Shown here: one piece after another, positions 1-9,824 of the stretch
Numbering within the stretch: the first letter of the stretch is position 1
Layout: the number at the start of each line of letters is the position of its first letter
Assembly (NCBI GenBank): GCA_964615385.1
Contig: CAZTMQ010000002.1
Coordinates: 1-37,242 of the forward strand
Reading direction: 5' to 3'
Origin: an uncultured Methanosarcinales archaeon
GTDB lineage: Archaea > Nanobdellota > Nanobdellia > Woesearchaeales > UBA119
DNA length: 37,242 bases
The notes under the pieces: model-generated
The model's database searches: none
Seen by the model: the letters and a program-made list of their open reading frames with translations, nothing else
What the model was told of the DNA's origin: nothing
Translations under genes and position numbers: made by a program

Positions 1-90
1 ACTCAGTTTCTGGAAAAAAGTCAATTTATATCTATCGATTTGTGCAACACACTAGCTAAAAGCCAAAAAAATAGCTATTCCTAGGGAAAA

Positions 91-933
91 ATGACAAATA
101 AATCGAAATTTGAAGATGAATTTAAACTAAGGTACTTTTCAAGAGAGCTTTTGTATTCCTGGCTAAGCCCTGAAAAGATAAAGGAGCTATCTAAAAAAAA
201 GGTATTAATCATTGGTGCAGGCGGGCTTGGAAGTTTCTCATCAACCATTCTTTTTAAGACAGGGGTGTTTGATTTAACAATAATGGACTTTGATAGAGTA
301 GAGATATCAAACCTACATCGACAGTTGTTTTGCGTTAATGATGTTGGCAAGCCAAAGGCCCAACTTACATCAGAAAGGCTCTCTTCCTATTTTAACGGAA
401 TGAAAACTAAATATATAACTGAAAAGTTCTCTGAAAAAAATATGGATATCATTAAAGATTATGACTTAATAATTGATGGAACAGATAACCTTTGTGCAAG
501 ATATCTTATAAATAAAGCAATTGTATTTTATCAAAAGCCTGCAGTGTTTGCAATGATTGGGAATTCAAAAGTAATGGTTTACCCTAAAAATGTTAATGAC
601 CCTTGCTTATCCTGTTTTTTATACATAGGAAAAGAAGGTAAAAAAGCCAATACAAAATACAAATATGGAAATAATTTTGAAAAATCAAAGGACCAAATAA
701 ATAACAAAATGGAAAATGATATTACCTTAGATTTAAATGATGATACAAAGGCAGTTATCGCACCAGTAAATGTTTTGGCTGCTTCAATTCAGTCATATGT
801 AGCTATAAAGATGCTTTTAGGAATTTCAAGTGACTTTGATGGAAAGTTAATTACATTTGATTTTGAAGAAATGTTACTAAGAAAAATAGAAGTTAAAAAA
901 AATAGAAATTGTTTAATTTGCACAAGAAAATAA
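91..933 (+). CDS. ThiF/MoeB/UbaA-type E1-like adenylyltransferase
   Basis: 280-aa ORF. It has the Rossmann loop IIGAGGLGS plus DFDRVEISNLHRQ and DGTDN motifs typical of the ThiF/MoeB/HesA family, and two CxxC pairs (CLSC, CLIC). A K/N-rich insertion precedes the C-terminal part. Confidence 0.8.
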   Translation: MTNKSKFEDEFKLRYFSRELLYSWLSPEKIKELSKKKVLIIGAGGLGSFSSTILFKTGVFDLTIMDFDRVEISNLHRQLFCVNDVGKPKAQLTSERLSSYFNGMKTKYITEKFSEKNMDIIKDYDLIIDGTDNLCARYLINKAIVFYQKPAVFAMIGNSKVMVYPKNVNDPCLSCFLYIGKEGKKANTKYKYGNNFEKSKDQINNKMENDITLDLNDDTKAVIAPVNVLAASIQSYVAIKMLLGISSDFDGKLITFDFEEMLLRKIEVKKNRNCLICTRK

Positions 934-1101
934 AATGACAAGAAAATAAGATAATAAAAAATTGAAAGAATAAGCCAAAAAAAACGAAAAAAAAAAGAAT
1001 TAAAAGGACAATAAAACACCAAATGATAAGGCTTTTTAAATTCCTTTTTCTAATGACTTCTTCTTTGCATCACTTTCTTTTCTTATCAACCCTATTTTGA
1101 A

Positions 1102-1713
1102 TTACTTCAAAAAGGTTTTATTAGCATGTTTTTGGTTGGATTTTTTATTAATCCTGACCCTTTTGGAAGGTCTTAGTTTCTCTGCACCCTTTCCTTTGTG
1201 GCGCAATCCTCTTATCTTCCTTCCTGCGCTCGTAAGCCCTCTAAACACCCTTTTGGTGTTGGCCCCATTGCAAATCCAATTGATCCTCGAATCCGCTTTT
1301 ATTGAAGGATGCTCTTTATCAACTAAGATAATCTCATAAAAATAATAGCTCTTGTTTTTTCCTACAAAATAGCTATTTAGAACCTCTAGGTTTGGATATT
1401 TTCTCTGGCATCTCTCTTCTGAAAGTAGCCTGTAATTTTTAGCAAGCACAAGGTTTCTTCTATTATGTTTTGACCTTCTTCCGCCGGTTATTCTATGCCT
1501 TTGTTTTCCGCCCCTTGGAACCCTTTGCCTAACAACTACATACCCTTGTTTCGCCTTATACCCTAAAGCTCTTGCCCTATCTATCCTTGTTGGCCTCTCA
1601 ATCCTTACAGTTGATTCGCCCTTAGACCATTCAGAAATTCTCTCCCGATAAATCCCTTTTAGATTTTCGGTTGGCTTTTTCCAAGCCTCTCTAACATACT
1701 TATAGATTCCCAT
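1102..1713 (-). CDS. rpl15e: 50S ribosomal protein L15e
   Basis: 203-aa ORF. The N-terminus MGIYKYVREAWKKP and the basic RGGKQRH.ITGGRR core are characteristic of archaeal/eukaryotic L15e. Confidence 0.93.
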   Translation of the reverse strand: MGIYKYVREAWKKPTENLKGIYRERISEWSKGESTVRIERPTRIDRARALGYKAKQGYVVVRQRVPRGGKQRHRITGGRRSKHNRRNLVLAKNYRLLSEERCQRKYPNLEVLNSYFVGKNKSYYFYEIILVDKEHPSIKADSRINWICNGANTKRVFRGLTSAGRKIRGLRHKGKGAEKLRPSKRVRINKKSNQKHANKTFLK

Positions 1714-2043
1714 TTTTTAGCCTCCATTATTTTCTTCTCATTAGTTCAGGGAAGCTACTCCCCACATCCTAATTATTATAGCTGGGGGATTTTGCAGGCT
1801 TTATAAATATTACCTTCAACATCTAATTAAAAAATCACTTAGCAAAAGCTTAAGATTGTCTTAAACGATCGCAGTTAAAAAAACAGATAACTTTAAAAAT
1901 AAACATAGATTCCCATCCAATATTAGCTCGAGTCCTAAAATGGGCGAAAAGAATAGAGCTTAGTGCTTAATGTTCTATTCTTGAGTTGTCTTTGCTTGAT
2001 TTTTAGGTAAATAGCTAATATCCTATTCAAGGTGATTTTAAAC

Positions 2044-2577
2044 ATGTCTGAAGAAGAGAAAGTCCAAAAGGCTCATCTTAAGCCTATAGTTCGTGTAGCG
2101 AACGAAGATATAATGGGAAATAAGAGACTTTATGCTGGAATAGCAAGCATAAAAGGAATTAGCTTCTCGCTTGCAAATGCAATCTGCAATGTATTAAAGA
2201 TGGATAGAGATATGAGAATCGGACATCTTAATGAAGAGCAGATAAAAAAGCTTGAAGGAGCAATAAGAAACCCATCTCAATATGGAATTCCAGATTATAT
2301 GCTTAACCTTAGAAATGAGCCTGAAACAGGAGACTCAAAGATCTTGATAGGTCCTGAAATAAGATTTTATGTAGACCAAATTAAAAAGACCAATATGAGA
2401 ATTAAGACTTATAGAGGCTCAAGATACAATAGAGGGCTCCCAGTAAGAGGGCAGAGAACTAGGTCTAATTTCAGAAGAAATAAAGGGAAGGCAATGGGCG
2501 TATCCAAGAAGAAAAGCCAACCCGCCGCAAAGCCAAAGGCTGATTCTCAAAAGCCAGCAAAAGGTGGAAAGAAATAA
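2044..2577 (+). CDS. rps13: 30S ribosomal protein S13 (uS13)
   Basis: The ORF track starts at GTG 2032, but ATG 2044 sits behind a GGTGA Shine-Dalgarno-like motif. S13 signature: RVANEDI.GNK...L..I.GI, basic C-terminus RGQRTRSN. It heads the conserved S13-S4-S11 order. Confidence 0.92.
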   Translation: MSEEEKVQKAHLKPIVRVANEDIMGNKRLYAGIASIKGISFSLANAICNVLKMDRDMRIGHLNEEQIKKLEGAIRNPSQYGIPDYMLNLRNEPETGDSKILIGPEIRFYVDQIKKTNMRIKTYRGSRYNRGLPVRGQRTRSNFRRNKGKAMGVSKKKSQPAAKPKADSQKPAKGGKK

Positions 2578-2591
2578 AAGAGTGATTAAAA

Positions 2592-3269
2592 ATGGGCGAT
2601 CCTAAAAAACAAAGAAAAAGATACAACACACCAATGCATCCTTGGCAAAAGTCGAGGATTGAAGAGGAAGCAGGACTAATAAAGGAATATGGCCTTGCTA
2701 ACCACAAGGAGCTTTGGAAGATGAAGACGTTTATTAAGAACTCATCGGATATGGCAAAAAAGCTTATTGTTGCGAGAGGAGATCAAGCAGAGATTGAAAA
2801 AAAGCAACTCATCTCAAAACTTTCTAAATTAGGATTATTAAAGGCTGATGCAACAACAAATGAGGTTTTGAACTTAAAGCCAAAGGACGTTTTGGAAAGA
2901 AGGCTTCAAACAGTAATTGTAAGAAAAGGGCTAGCAAATTCTTTTAGACAGGCAAGACAGCTCATTACCCATGGGCATATTGCTATTGATGGGCAAAAGC
3001 AAACCTCGCCATCTTATCTTGTTGAGGTTTCTAAAGAAAATATGATAGATTTTGTATTGAGTTCTCCATTTAGAAGCCCTGACCACCCCGAAAGAAATAA
3101 GATACTATCAACTGGCTCAAAGGTGGCTTTTACTCAACAGGATAAAGGCGATGATTTAGATGAAAAGGATGATGGCACTGTTGAGACAGATGATGAAAAG
3201 GCTCCAAAAGAAAAGCCTGCCACAAAGCAAAAAAAGGCTTCTAAGAAAAAGGAGGAGCCAAAGGAGTAA
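2592..3269 (+). CDS. rps4: 30S ribosomal protein S4 (uS4) with acidic/lysine-rich C-terminal extension
   Basis: N-terminus MGDPKKQRKRY and an S4 RNA-binding domain (RRLQTVIVRKGLANSFRQARQLITHGHI). GAGTGA precedes the ATG. The last ~45 aa are low-complexity D/E/K. Confidence 0.92.
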   Translation: MGDPKKQRKRYNTPMHPWQKSRIEEEAGLIKEYGLANHKELWKMKTFIKNSSDMAKKLIVARGDQAEIEKKQLISKLSKLGLLKADATTNEVLNLKPKDVLERRLQTVIVRKGLANSFRQARQLITHGHIAIDGQKQTSPSYLVEVSKENMIDFVLSSPFRSPDHPERNKILSTGSKVAFTQQDKGDDLDEKDDGTVETDDEKAPKEKPATKQKKASKKKEEPKE

Positions 3270-3282
3270 ATAGGTGATTTTT

Positions 3283-3690
3283 ATGAACGAAAGAAGAGAA
3301 AATAATTCAAAGTGGGGAATTGCCTATATATATTCCTCTTATAATGACACCATTATTCACATTACTGATATATCCGGTAGCGAGACAATTGCAATAAGCT
3401 CTGGTGGACAAGTCGTTAAGGCTCATAGGCTTGAGTCTTCTCCAACGGCTGCAATGATCGCCGCAAAAAGAGCTGGTCAGTCTGCTATTGAGAAAGGGAT
3501 TACTGGTATTCATGTTAGAATCAGGGCAAAAGGAGGGCACAACGGCCCGATGTCGCCAGGCCCTGGAGCCCAAGCCGCTATCAGAGCACTTTCAAGAATA
3601 GGTCTAAGAATTGGACTTATCGAAGATGTTACTCCTGTTCCTCACGATGGGTGCAGAAAGAAAGGAGGAAAAAGGGGGAGGAGGGTCTAA
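3283..3690 (+). CDS. rps11: 30S ribosomal protein S11 (uS11)
   Basis: [19 protein letters not shown] and the GPG.QAAIRAL motif. ATG 3283 behind AGGTGA is preferred over the track start GTG 3274. Confidence 0.92.
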   Translation: MNERRENNSKWGIAYIYSSYNDTIIHITDISGSETIAISSGGQVVKAHRLESSPTAAMIAAKRAGQSAIEKGITGIHVRIRAKGGHNGPMSPGPGAQAAIRALSRIGLRIGLIEDVTPVPHDGCRKKGGKRGRRV

Positions 3691-4473
3691 ATGAGTATTG
3701 AAATCCTTTCAAAAGATAACAAAAGAAAAAAAGAAGTTTTTCTAATAAAGAATAAAACTCCTGCTTTTGTAAATGCTTTGAGGAGAACTATTATTTCTTT
3801 AGTCCCCACAATGGCCATTAATGAGGTTGAGTTTGTAAAAAATTCATCTGCATTATATGATGAGATTATTGCAAACAGGCTAGGATTAATTCCATTAAAA
3901 ACAGATCTAAAATCATACGAATTGCCATCTAAATGTAGCTGTAAAGGAGAAGGCTGTGCAAAGTGTACACTAAAGATCAAGCTGAGTGCAAAAGGCCCTT
4001 GTACAGTTTATGCAAAAGATTTGGTTTCTTCGGACCCAAAGATTAAGCCAGCTTTTCCAGAAATGCCAATAGTCAAGCTTTTGGAGCGCCAAGAGATTGA
4101 ATTTATAGCTACAGCAACCCTTGGAATAGGCCTTGAACATGCGAAATGGAGCCCAGGCCACGTTTATTATAAAGGCGTGCCAAAAATAGAGATAAAGGGA
4201 AAATGCGAAAATCCAAAAGAGATTAGCGATATCTGCCCTAAAAACATCTTTAAGGCAACATCTGGGAAGCTTGAGATAAATGAAAATAAGGTGATGGACT
4301 GTAGCCTTTGTCTTGCCTGCTCAAATGTATGCGAGTCAATACACGTTTCAGCAAGCAACAAGGACTTTTGCTTTTCAGTAGAGTCCTTTGGGCAGTTAGA
4401 AATAAAAGAGATGATGGAAAAGGCTTCAGAAATAATCTCTGAAATGGGGGATGATTTGAAAAAGTCACTATAA
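3691..4473 (+). CDS. rpoD: DNA-directed RNA polymerase subunit D (Rpo3)
   Basis: Its position follows S11, with the start abutting the S11 stop (TAAATG). It has the FVNALRR motif, an Rpb3-like Cys loop CSCKGEGCAKC, and a ferredoxin-like Cys set (C..CP then CSLCLACSNVC) consistent with the 4Fe-4S domain known in some archaeal D subunits. Confidence 0.9.
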   Translation: MSIEILSKDNKRKKEVFLIKNKTPAFVNALRRTIISLVPTMAINEVEFVKNSSALYDEIIANRLGLIPLKTDLKSYELPSKCSCKGEGCAKCTLKIKLSAKGPCTVYAKDLVSSDPKIKPAFPEMPIVKLLERQEIEFIATATLGIGLEHAKWSPGHVYYKGVPKIEIKGKCENPKEISDICPKNIFKATSGKLEINENKVMDCSLCLACSNVCESIHVSASNKDFCFSVESFGQLEIKEMMEKASEIISEMGDDLKKSL

Positions 4474-4478
4474 GCTTT

Positions 4479-4562
4479 GCGGGGGTGCCGGAGTGGTCAA
4501 ACGGGCACGGTTGAGGGCCGTGTGGCTTAGTGCCTACGAGGGTTCAAACCCCTTCTCCCGCA
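4479..4562 (+). tRNA. tRNA-Leu (anticodon GAG), class II with long variable arm, no encoded CCA
   Basis: Folded by hand. The acceptor stem is 7 bp (GCGGGGG/CTCCCGC with one G-U) and U8 is present. The D stem is 3 bp with GG in its loop. The anticodon stem is CACGG/CCGTG with loop TTGAGGG (U33, GAG, G37). The variable arm has a GGC/GCC stem. The T arm is GAGGG/CCCTT with loop TTCAAAC, and the discriminator is A. Confidence 0.88.
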
Positions 4563-4605
4563 TCCTTTCAATGCAATAATACAATAATCACGAGGTTGAA
4601 AAGAT

Positions 4606-4968
4606 ATGAAACGAACAGGACCAACTAATAATCATCTTTTAGAAACGATTAGAAAGCTTAAAGAGTTTTCTGCAAAAGAAAAGGTAAGTGTTTGGAAAAA
4701 GGTTGCAACAGAGCTTGAAAGACCAACTAGAGAAAGAAGGGCAATCAATCTTTCAAGGATAAACAGGTTTAGCAAAGAAAACGATGTTATAGTAGTGCCA
4801 GGAAAGGTTTTATCTTCAGGCGATGTTAATAAAAAGATAACAGTTGCGGCATGGGCTTTTTCATCAAAGGCCACAGAGAAACTTGAGAAGTCAAAATCAA
4901 AGGTTTTGAATTTGGAAGAGCTCATGAAAGAAAATCCAAAAGGCAAAAAGCTCAAAATAATTGGTTAA
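4606..4968 (+). CDS. rpl18e: 50S ribosomal protein L18e
   Basis: 120-aa ORF with MKRTGPTN..L and INLSRINR motifs. It occupies the conserved position between rpoD and L13. Confidence 0.9.
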   Translation: MKRTGPTNNHLLETIRKLKEFSAKEKVSVWKKVATELERPTRERRAINLSRINRFSKENDVIVVPGKVLSSGDVNKKITVAAWAFSSKATEKLEKSKSKVLNLEELMKENPKGKKLKIIG

Positions 4969-4980
4969 AGGTGATTACTT

Positions 4981-5400
4981 ATGATAATATATGATGCAAA
5001 GGATGCAATTTTAGGACGAATTGGCTCAAGGATCGCCAAATCAGCAATATTAGGCGAAGACGTGGTTGTCGTTAATACCGCTTATGCAGTAATCTCAGGA
5101 GGTAAAAAGGATATTTTGGCAGAGTACCTAAACAAGTTCAAAAGAGGTACTTATGCACACGGTCCATTTTACCCTAAAGTACCCTCACGGCTCTTTAAAA
5201 GACTCATAAGGGGAATGATTCCTTACAAAACTGGAGATGGGAAGAAGGCATTTTCAAGGATTAAATGCTATAATGCAGTTCCAAAGTCTTTCGAGGGAAA
5301 GGATTTTATCGTTGTTAAAGATGCATTATTAACCAAACTCCCTAAGAGAGAATACCAAAGTATAGCAGATATCTGCAGGCTTTTGGGTGGTAAAAAATGA
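4981..5400 (+). CDS. rpl13: 50S ribosomal protein L13 (uL13)
   Basis: 139-aa ORF with [24 protein letters not shown] lies upstream, and its stop overlaps the S9 start (ATGA). Confidence 0.92.
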   Translation: MIIYDAKDAILGRIGSRIAKSAILGEDVVVVNTAYAVISGGKKDILAEYLNKFKRGTYAHGPFYPKVPSRLFKRLIRGMIPYKTGDGKKAFSRIKCYNAVPKSFEGKDFIVVKDALLTKLPKREYQSIADICRLLGGKK

Positions 5401-5801
5401 ATGATAAAACAGCACATGCTTCAGGAAAAAGAAAAAGAGCTATCGCAAGGGCTACAATCACTGAAGGAAAGGGGATTGTGAGAATTAATAAAGTCCCACT
5501 GGACGAGTATAACAACGAACCTTACAGGCTTAAGGTTTTAGAGCCTTTAGTTTTAGCAGGTAACATTTCGAAAACTATCAATATAGATGTTAATGTTTAC
5601 GGTGGAGGATTCTCTGGCCAGGCACAGGCCGCAAGGCTAGCGATTGCAAGGGCAATCTCAGAATACACAAAGGATGAAAAGCTAAAAGAAACCTTTGAAG
5701 AGTACGATAGGAATTTGGTAGTTGCCGATACCAGGAGAAAAGAGGTTAGAAAGCCTAACAGAAGTAAGGCAAGAGCTAAGAGGCAAAAATCATATAGGTG
5801 A
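5397..5801 (+). CDS. rps9: 30S ribosomal protein S9 (uS9)
   Basis: [25 protein letters not shown] and the C-terminal [11 protein letters not shown] are the S9 hallmark. Confidence 0.93.
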   Translation: MNDKTAHASGKRKRAIARATITEGKGIVRINKVPLDEYNNEPYRLKVLEPLVLAGNISKTINIDVNVYGGGFSGQAQAARLAIARAISEYTKDEKLKETFEEYDRNLVVADTRRKEVRKPNRSKARAKRQKSYR

Positions 5802-5810
5802 ACACCAAAA

Positions 5811-6008
5811 ATGATAATTCCAATAAGATGTTTTAGTTGCGGAAAGCCTTTAGCCCATCTTTGGGAAGAGTACAAAGAGAGGGTTTCAAAGGGAGAAGAG
5901 CCAAAGAAGGTACTTGATAGCTTTGGGCTTGACAGATATTGTTGCAGGGCACTTTTTTTAGGGCATGTTGACCTTATCGATTCCATTGCTAAGTTCAAGA
6001 AGGCTTAA
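5811..6008 (+). CDS. rpoN: DNA-directed RNA polymerase subunit N (Rpo10)
   Basis: 65 aa with MIIPIRCFSCGKP and RYCCR zinc-binding motifs typical of Rpb10/RpoN. Confidence 0.92.
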   Translation: MIIPIRCFSCGKPLAHLWEEYKERVSKGEEPKKVLDSFGLDRYCCRALFLGHVDLIDSIAKFKKA

Positions 6009-6010
6009 AA

Positions 6011-6027
6011 TTGTTTTTTTGATTTTT
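6011..6027 (+). terminator. Oligo-T tract downstream of rpoN (archaeal-type terminator candidate)
   Basis: TTGTTTTTTTGATTTTT lies directly after the rpoN stop and ahead of the srp54 TATA box. Confidence 0.4.
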
Positions 6028-6061
6028 AACAATTTTCTAAACAAATTATTTTTTCTTGCAA

Positions 6062-6073
6062 AAATATATAAAA
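6062..6073 (+). promoter_or_regulatory. TATA box for srp54 (short-leader or leaderless mRNA)
   Basis: AAATATATAAAA is centred ~28 nt upstream of ATG 6095, with no Shine-Dalgarno motif between them. Confidence 0.45.
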
Positions 6074-6094
6074 CAATAAGGTTTTCTTCATTCT

Positions 6095-7444
6095 ATGGTA
6101 CTTGAAAAGCTTGGTGAATCACTAAGAAAGACTTTATCAAAACTTGCAGGCTCTCTTTTCATAGATGAAAAGCTCATCAACGAGCTTGTAAAAGAGATTC
6201 AAAGAGCACTTTTGCAATCTGATGTTAATGTAAATCAAGTATTTGAACTTTCTTCTAAAATAAAGGAGAGGGCGCTTAAGGAAAAGCCTCCACAGGGGAT
6301 TTCTAAAAAGGATTATATTGTAAAGATTGTATATGAGGAAATCGTCAGGTTCATGGGTGATGAAGAGTCTAAGATTGACCTTACAAATAAGCCCACAAAA
6401 ATACTGCTAGTTGGTCTATTTGGCTCTGGAAAGACTACCCAATCGGGAAAACTCGCTCATTATTTTAAAAAGCGGGGCAGCAAGGTTGCAATGATTCAAA
6501 CAGACGTTTGGAGACCTGCGGCATTCGAACAATTATCACAGCTTGGAAAAAAGATAGGCGTTGATGTGTTTGGGGATCCTAAAGAGAAGGACCCAGTTAA
6601 GATTTACAAATCCTTTGAAAAGGAGCTAAATAAATATGACATAGTAATTATCGATTCTGCGGGTAGGGATGCCTTATCTGATGAATTAATTGATGAGCTA
6701 AAAAGGCTTAATAGTGTAGTCTTACCACATGAAAGAATACTTGTCATAAGCTCAGATATCGGCCAAACTGCAATTTCACAGGCAAAGGCATTTCATGAGA
6801 GCTGCGATGTAAATGGAATCATAATTACAAAACTCGATGGCACTGCTAAGGGCGGTGGCGCGCTTGCGGCCTGTGCAGTTAGTGGAGCCAAGATCAAGTT
6901 TATAGGAACTGGCGAAAAGATTGATGATCTTGAGAAGTTCAATCCTAAGGGCTTTGTAGGAAGGCTTTTGGGAATGGGCGATTTAGATTCACTCCTTGAT
7001 AAGATTTCTACGGCCTTTGAAAATGAAGACATTGAAGACGTTTCAAAAAAGCTTCTTAAGGGAGAATTTAACCTCGTAGATTTGTACGAACAGCTTGAAA
7101 GTATGAAAAAGCTTGGCCCTCTAAGTAAGGTATTTGAGATGATTCCAGGATTTTCTAACGCAAACATTCCAAAAGATATGATAAATGTTCAACAGGAGAA
7201 AATGGAGAAATGGAAAATTGCTATGCTTTCAATGACAAAGAATGAACTAGAAGAGCCTGAAACAATCGATTCCCAAAGAATTGAAAGAATCTCAAAAGGA
7301 AGCGGAATAACTGAATCCGATATAAGAGAATTAGTTAAGCAATATAAGCAATCAAAGAAGATAATGAAGATGCTAAAAGGATCTGAAAAGAACATGGGAA
7401 AAGTACTTTCAAAGATGGGCGCTAAGATGCCTAAGTCAAATTAA
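6095..7444 (+). CDS. srp54: Signal recognition particle protein SRP54
   Basis: 449 aa. GTPase motifs GLFGSGKTT, DSAGR and TKLDG, followed by a Met-rich M domain. Confidence 0.95.
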   Translation: MVLEKLGESLRKTLSKLAGSLFIDEKLINELVKEIQRALLQSDVNVNQVFELSSKIKERALKEKPPQGISKKDYIVKIVYEEIVRFMGDEESKIDLTNKPTKILLVGLFGSGKTTQSGKLAHYFKKRGSKVAMIQTDVWRPAAFEQLSQLGKKIGVDVFGDPKEKDPVKIYKSFEKELNKYDIVIIDSAGRDALSDELIDELKRLNSVVLPHERILVISSDIGQTAISQAKAFHESCDVNGIIITKLDGTAKGGGALAACAVSGAKIKFIGTGEKIDDLEKFNPKGFVGRLLGMGDLDSLLDKISTAFENEDIEDVSKKLLKGEFNLVDLYEQLESMKKLGPLSKVFEMIPGFSNANIPKDMINVQQEKMEKWKIAMLSMTKNELEEPETIDSQRIERISKGSGITESDIRELVKQYKQSKKIMKMLKGSEKNMGKVLSKMGAKMPKSN

Positions 7445-7553
7445 ATATTCTTTTGAGAATCATATTCTTTATACTGCACTTTCTTCGAAAAATATCAGCA
7501 TTACAAAAGTATAAATACTTGTATTGATATGGCTTTTTAGCGATATAACTAAA

Positions 7554-8177
7554 ATGGCGCTTTGTAATGATTTAAACCTTGAGGGGAAGCTCGCTAGTCT
7601 TATGAAAAAATTTAGAGTAGACTGCTCAATCGAAGATGGTTTAAATTCTGTGATAACTTCTGCAAAGGAAGGAAATATCGCAAAGTTAGAAAGTTTTGTT
7701 GAAGGTATATATGCAAGTATAAACAAAATGGATTCTGAAGAAAATTATTCCGCCATTAAGGAAAAGGTTGAAGATATTTTGTTAAATACACGATATTTAT
7801 GCTATCAAAATTGTGTGATGAATAAAATCTTGGCTTTTAAAAACGACAAAAAAGAAGTGGAACTGCCTAGAAAAATACGGGTGAAAAAATTAAATAATGA
7901 TGAAGATCTTACCAAAGAAGATAATTTAGCCGTCAACTTTTTATATGATCTACAGATTAAAGTAAACTCGGTATCATTAGCCAAAGCAATTTCTCAGGCA
8001 ATAAGATATACCAAAGAAAAAAATGATGCCATACAACTCTATCCTAGAATAGTTCAAATAATTGAAACAGCAAAAGAATGCTCAAAAATATTAGGATTGG
8101 AAAGGGAAATGTCACCTGTTATTACTGCTATCAAAAAAAAATACGAGCTAAAATATTTTCAAGCTAAAACAAGATGA
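7554..8177 (+). CDS. Hypothetical helical protein
   Basis: Long ORF with no recognised motif. ATG 7554 is preferred over TTG 7524 because a TATA-like AGTATAAATA sits at ~7508-7517. Confidence 0.5.
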   Translation: MALCNDLNLEGKLASLMKKFRVDCSIEDGLNSVITSAKEGNIAKLESFVEGIYASINKMDSEENYSAIKEKVEDILLNTRYLCYQNCVMNKILAFKNDKKEVELPRKIRVKKLNNDEDLTKEDNLAVNFLYDLQIKVNSVSLAKAISQAIRYTKEKNDAIQLYPRIVQIIETAKECSKILGLEREMSPVITAIKKKYELKYFQAKTR

Positions 8178-8451
8178 TAGCTTTTTAAAAATCGATGAGT
8201 TCACATAATTGATTTAAGATAAAAATATATTTATCATTTGCTCTTTTGGATATTGACGGCAATTAAGATTTGCAAACCAATTCTATAAATACTGCCCCTT
8301 CATTACTTTTGAGTGATTGATAAGATTTATGGACTATTAGTTATAAAAAGTTATGTTAGAAGGTGGGTGGCGGTCAGTGTTGAGCTGTTTAGTTTTTACT
8401 TTGATCGCTTTTGAGATTTTTGTAAGTGTTTTATTGTTATTAGTGGTGTGA

Positions 8452-9696
8452 ATGAAGGTTCTTATGCTCGGATGGGAATTCCCTCCTTACAAAAGCGGAG
8501 GGTTAGGGACAGCCTGCTATGGGCTTACAAAGGGCTTAAGCAAGCTCGGTGTTGGCATTACTTTTGTCATTCCAAAAACACCTATACCTATTACGAGTTC
8601 ATTTTTGAGTGTAGTGAATGCCAAGGTTGATTCTGATGATGAGTGTTATAGCCACTTAAATCATATTTTTGTAGATTCAAAATTAGTTCCATATGCAGGG
8701 GAGAGCAAAATTCTAAGCAATTTCTCGTTTTCGAAAACCCCATCTTCCAAAACAAGAGACTTCTCTGCGTATGGAGCTAATCTTTTTTTTGAGGTTGAAT
8801 TCTATGCTAAAAGGGTTTATGAGATTTCTAAAAAAACTGATTTTGATCTGATCCATGCTCATGACTGGATGACTTATCCTGCTGCCGTGCTTCTTAAAGA
8901 AAAAACCAAAAAAAAGATGATTGTCCAGATTCACGCAACAGAATTTGACAGAACTGGAGGTCATCCTAACCAAAAGATATACGAGATTGAAAAAATGGGC
9001 TTTGAAGCAAGTGATAGGATCATCGCTGTTAGCAATTATACTAAAAATATAGTTTGCGAAAAATACGGGATTTCTCCTGATAAAGTAGATGTAGTTCATA
9101 ACGCTGTTGAGGTGAATGGTAAAAAGGGCAATGGTAATGGCTCCAAAATCAAGATTTTTCCAAATGACAAAATCGTGCTTTTCTTAGGCAGGGTCACAAT
9201 ACAAAAAGGACCTGAGTATTTCTTAAGAACTGCAAAAGAGGTTTTAGAATTCGAACCTTATGTAAAGTTCTTCGTTGCGGGCTCTGGAGATATGCTTCCA
9301 TGGATGATAGAAGAAGCCTCAAGAATGGGATTATCTGATAGGGTGTTTTTTACCGGCTTTTTAACTGGTGATGATATTGATTATATCTACAGGCAGGCTG
9401 ATGTATATGTTATGCCTTCGGTATCTGAGCCTTTTGGCATTACTCCCTTAGAAGCAATGGCCTGTGGAACACCAGTAATAATATCAAAACAATCAGGGGT
9501 ATCTGAGATAATAAATAATTGTTTCAAAGTAGACTTTTGGGATGTCAACGAAATGACAAATAAAATTGTATCCATATTAAGATATGAATGCCTTAGAAAT
9601 GAGCTTAAAAACCATGGATATTTTGAGGTAACAAAGATTACTTGGGATAACAGTGCTAAGACATGTAAAAGCGTTTATGAAAAAGTGCTTTCATAG
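8452..9696 (+). CDS. GT-B glycosyltransferase (GT4/GT5-like), putative alpha-glucan/glycogen synthase
   Basis: The N-terminus MKVLMLGWEFPPYKSGGLG matches the KxGGL-type donor-binding loop. HAHDW is present, and the C-terminal E-x7-E region reads EPFGITPLEAMACGTP. A GH57 gene is adjacent. Confidence 0.72.
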   Translation: MKVLMLGWEFPPYKSGGLGTACYGLTKGLSKLGVGITFVIPKTPIPITSSFLSVVNAKVDSDDECYSHLNHIFVDSKLVPYAGESKILSNFSFSKTPSSKTRDFSAYGANLFFEVEFYAKRVYEISKKTDFDLIHAHDWMTYPAAVLLKEKTKKKMIVQIHATEFDRTGGHPNQKIYEIEKMGFEASDRIIAVSNYTKNIVCEKYGISPDKVDVVHNAVEVNGKKGNGNGSKIKIFPNDKIVLFLGRVTIQKGPEYFLRTAKEVLEFEPYVKFFVAGSGDMLPWMIEEASRMGLSDRVFFTGFLTGDDIDYIYRQADVYVMPSVSEPFGITPLEAMACGTPVIISKQSGVSEIINNCFKVDFWDVNEMTNKIVSILRYECLRNELKNHGYFEVTKITWDNSAKTCKSVYEKVLS

Positions 9697-9824
9697 TCAA
9701 TAAATATGCCAAAATTTATAAATATTAAAAAACGGAGAGTAATTAAGAAGCAAGGGGTTTTTAAAGGTAGCAATTCCTAGCCTTGGGCTTTTTTTAGGCT
9801 AAGAAACAATTCAGGTCTTTTAAA

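Noticed and set aside
1097-1339. Antisense or alternative-frame ORFs inside well-identified genes (also 81..350, 789..1022, 2471..2707, 3307..3573, 3687..3980, 3970..4468, 4632..4955, 5597..5998, 6793..7395, 8713..9099, 12622..12903, 15672..16692)
   Set aside because: They overlap confidently identified genes on the other strand or frame. They have low-complexity, hydrophobic or Ser/Leu/Phe-rich translations typical of AT-rich shadow ORFs, and they show no start context.
1714-2031. 318-bp rpl15e/rps13 divergent intergenic region, examined for an RNA gene (hairpins TCCCCA/TGGGGA and AAGAATAG/CTATTCTT)
   Set aside because: Only short stems and TATA-like AT tracts are visible, and nothing resembles a known RNA family. 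This is most simply two divergent promoters and leaders.
8448-8630. 60-aa ORF overlapping the start of the glycosyltransferase in another frame
   Set aside because: The +1-shifted frame beginning at 8452 continues for 414 aa with clear GT-B motifs. The short ORF is a frame artefact.
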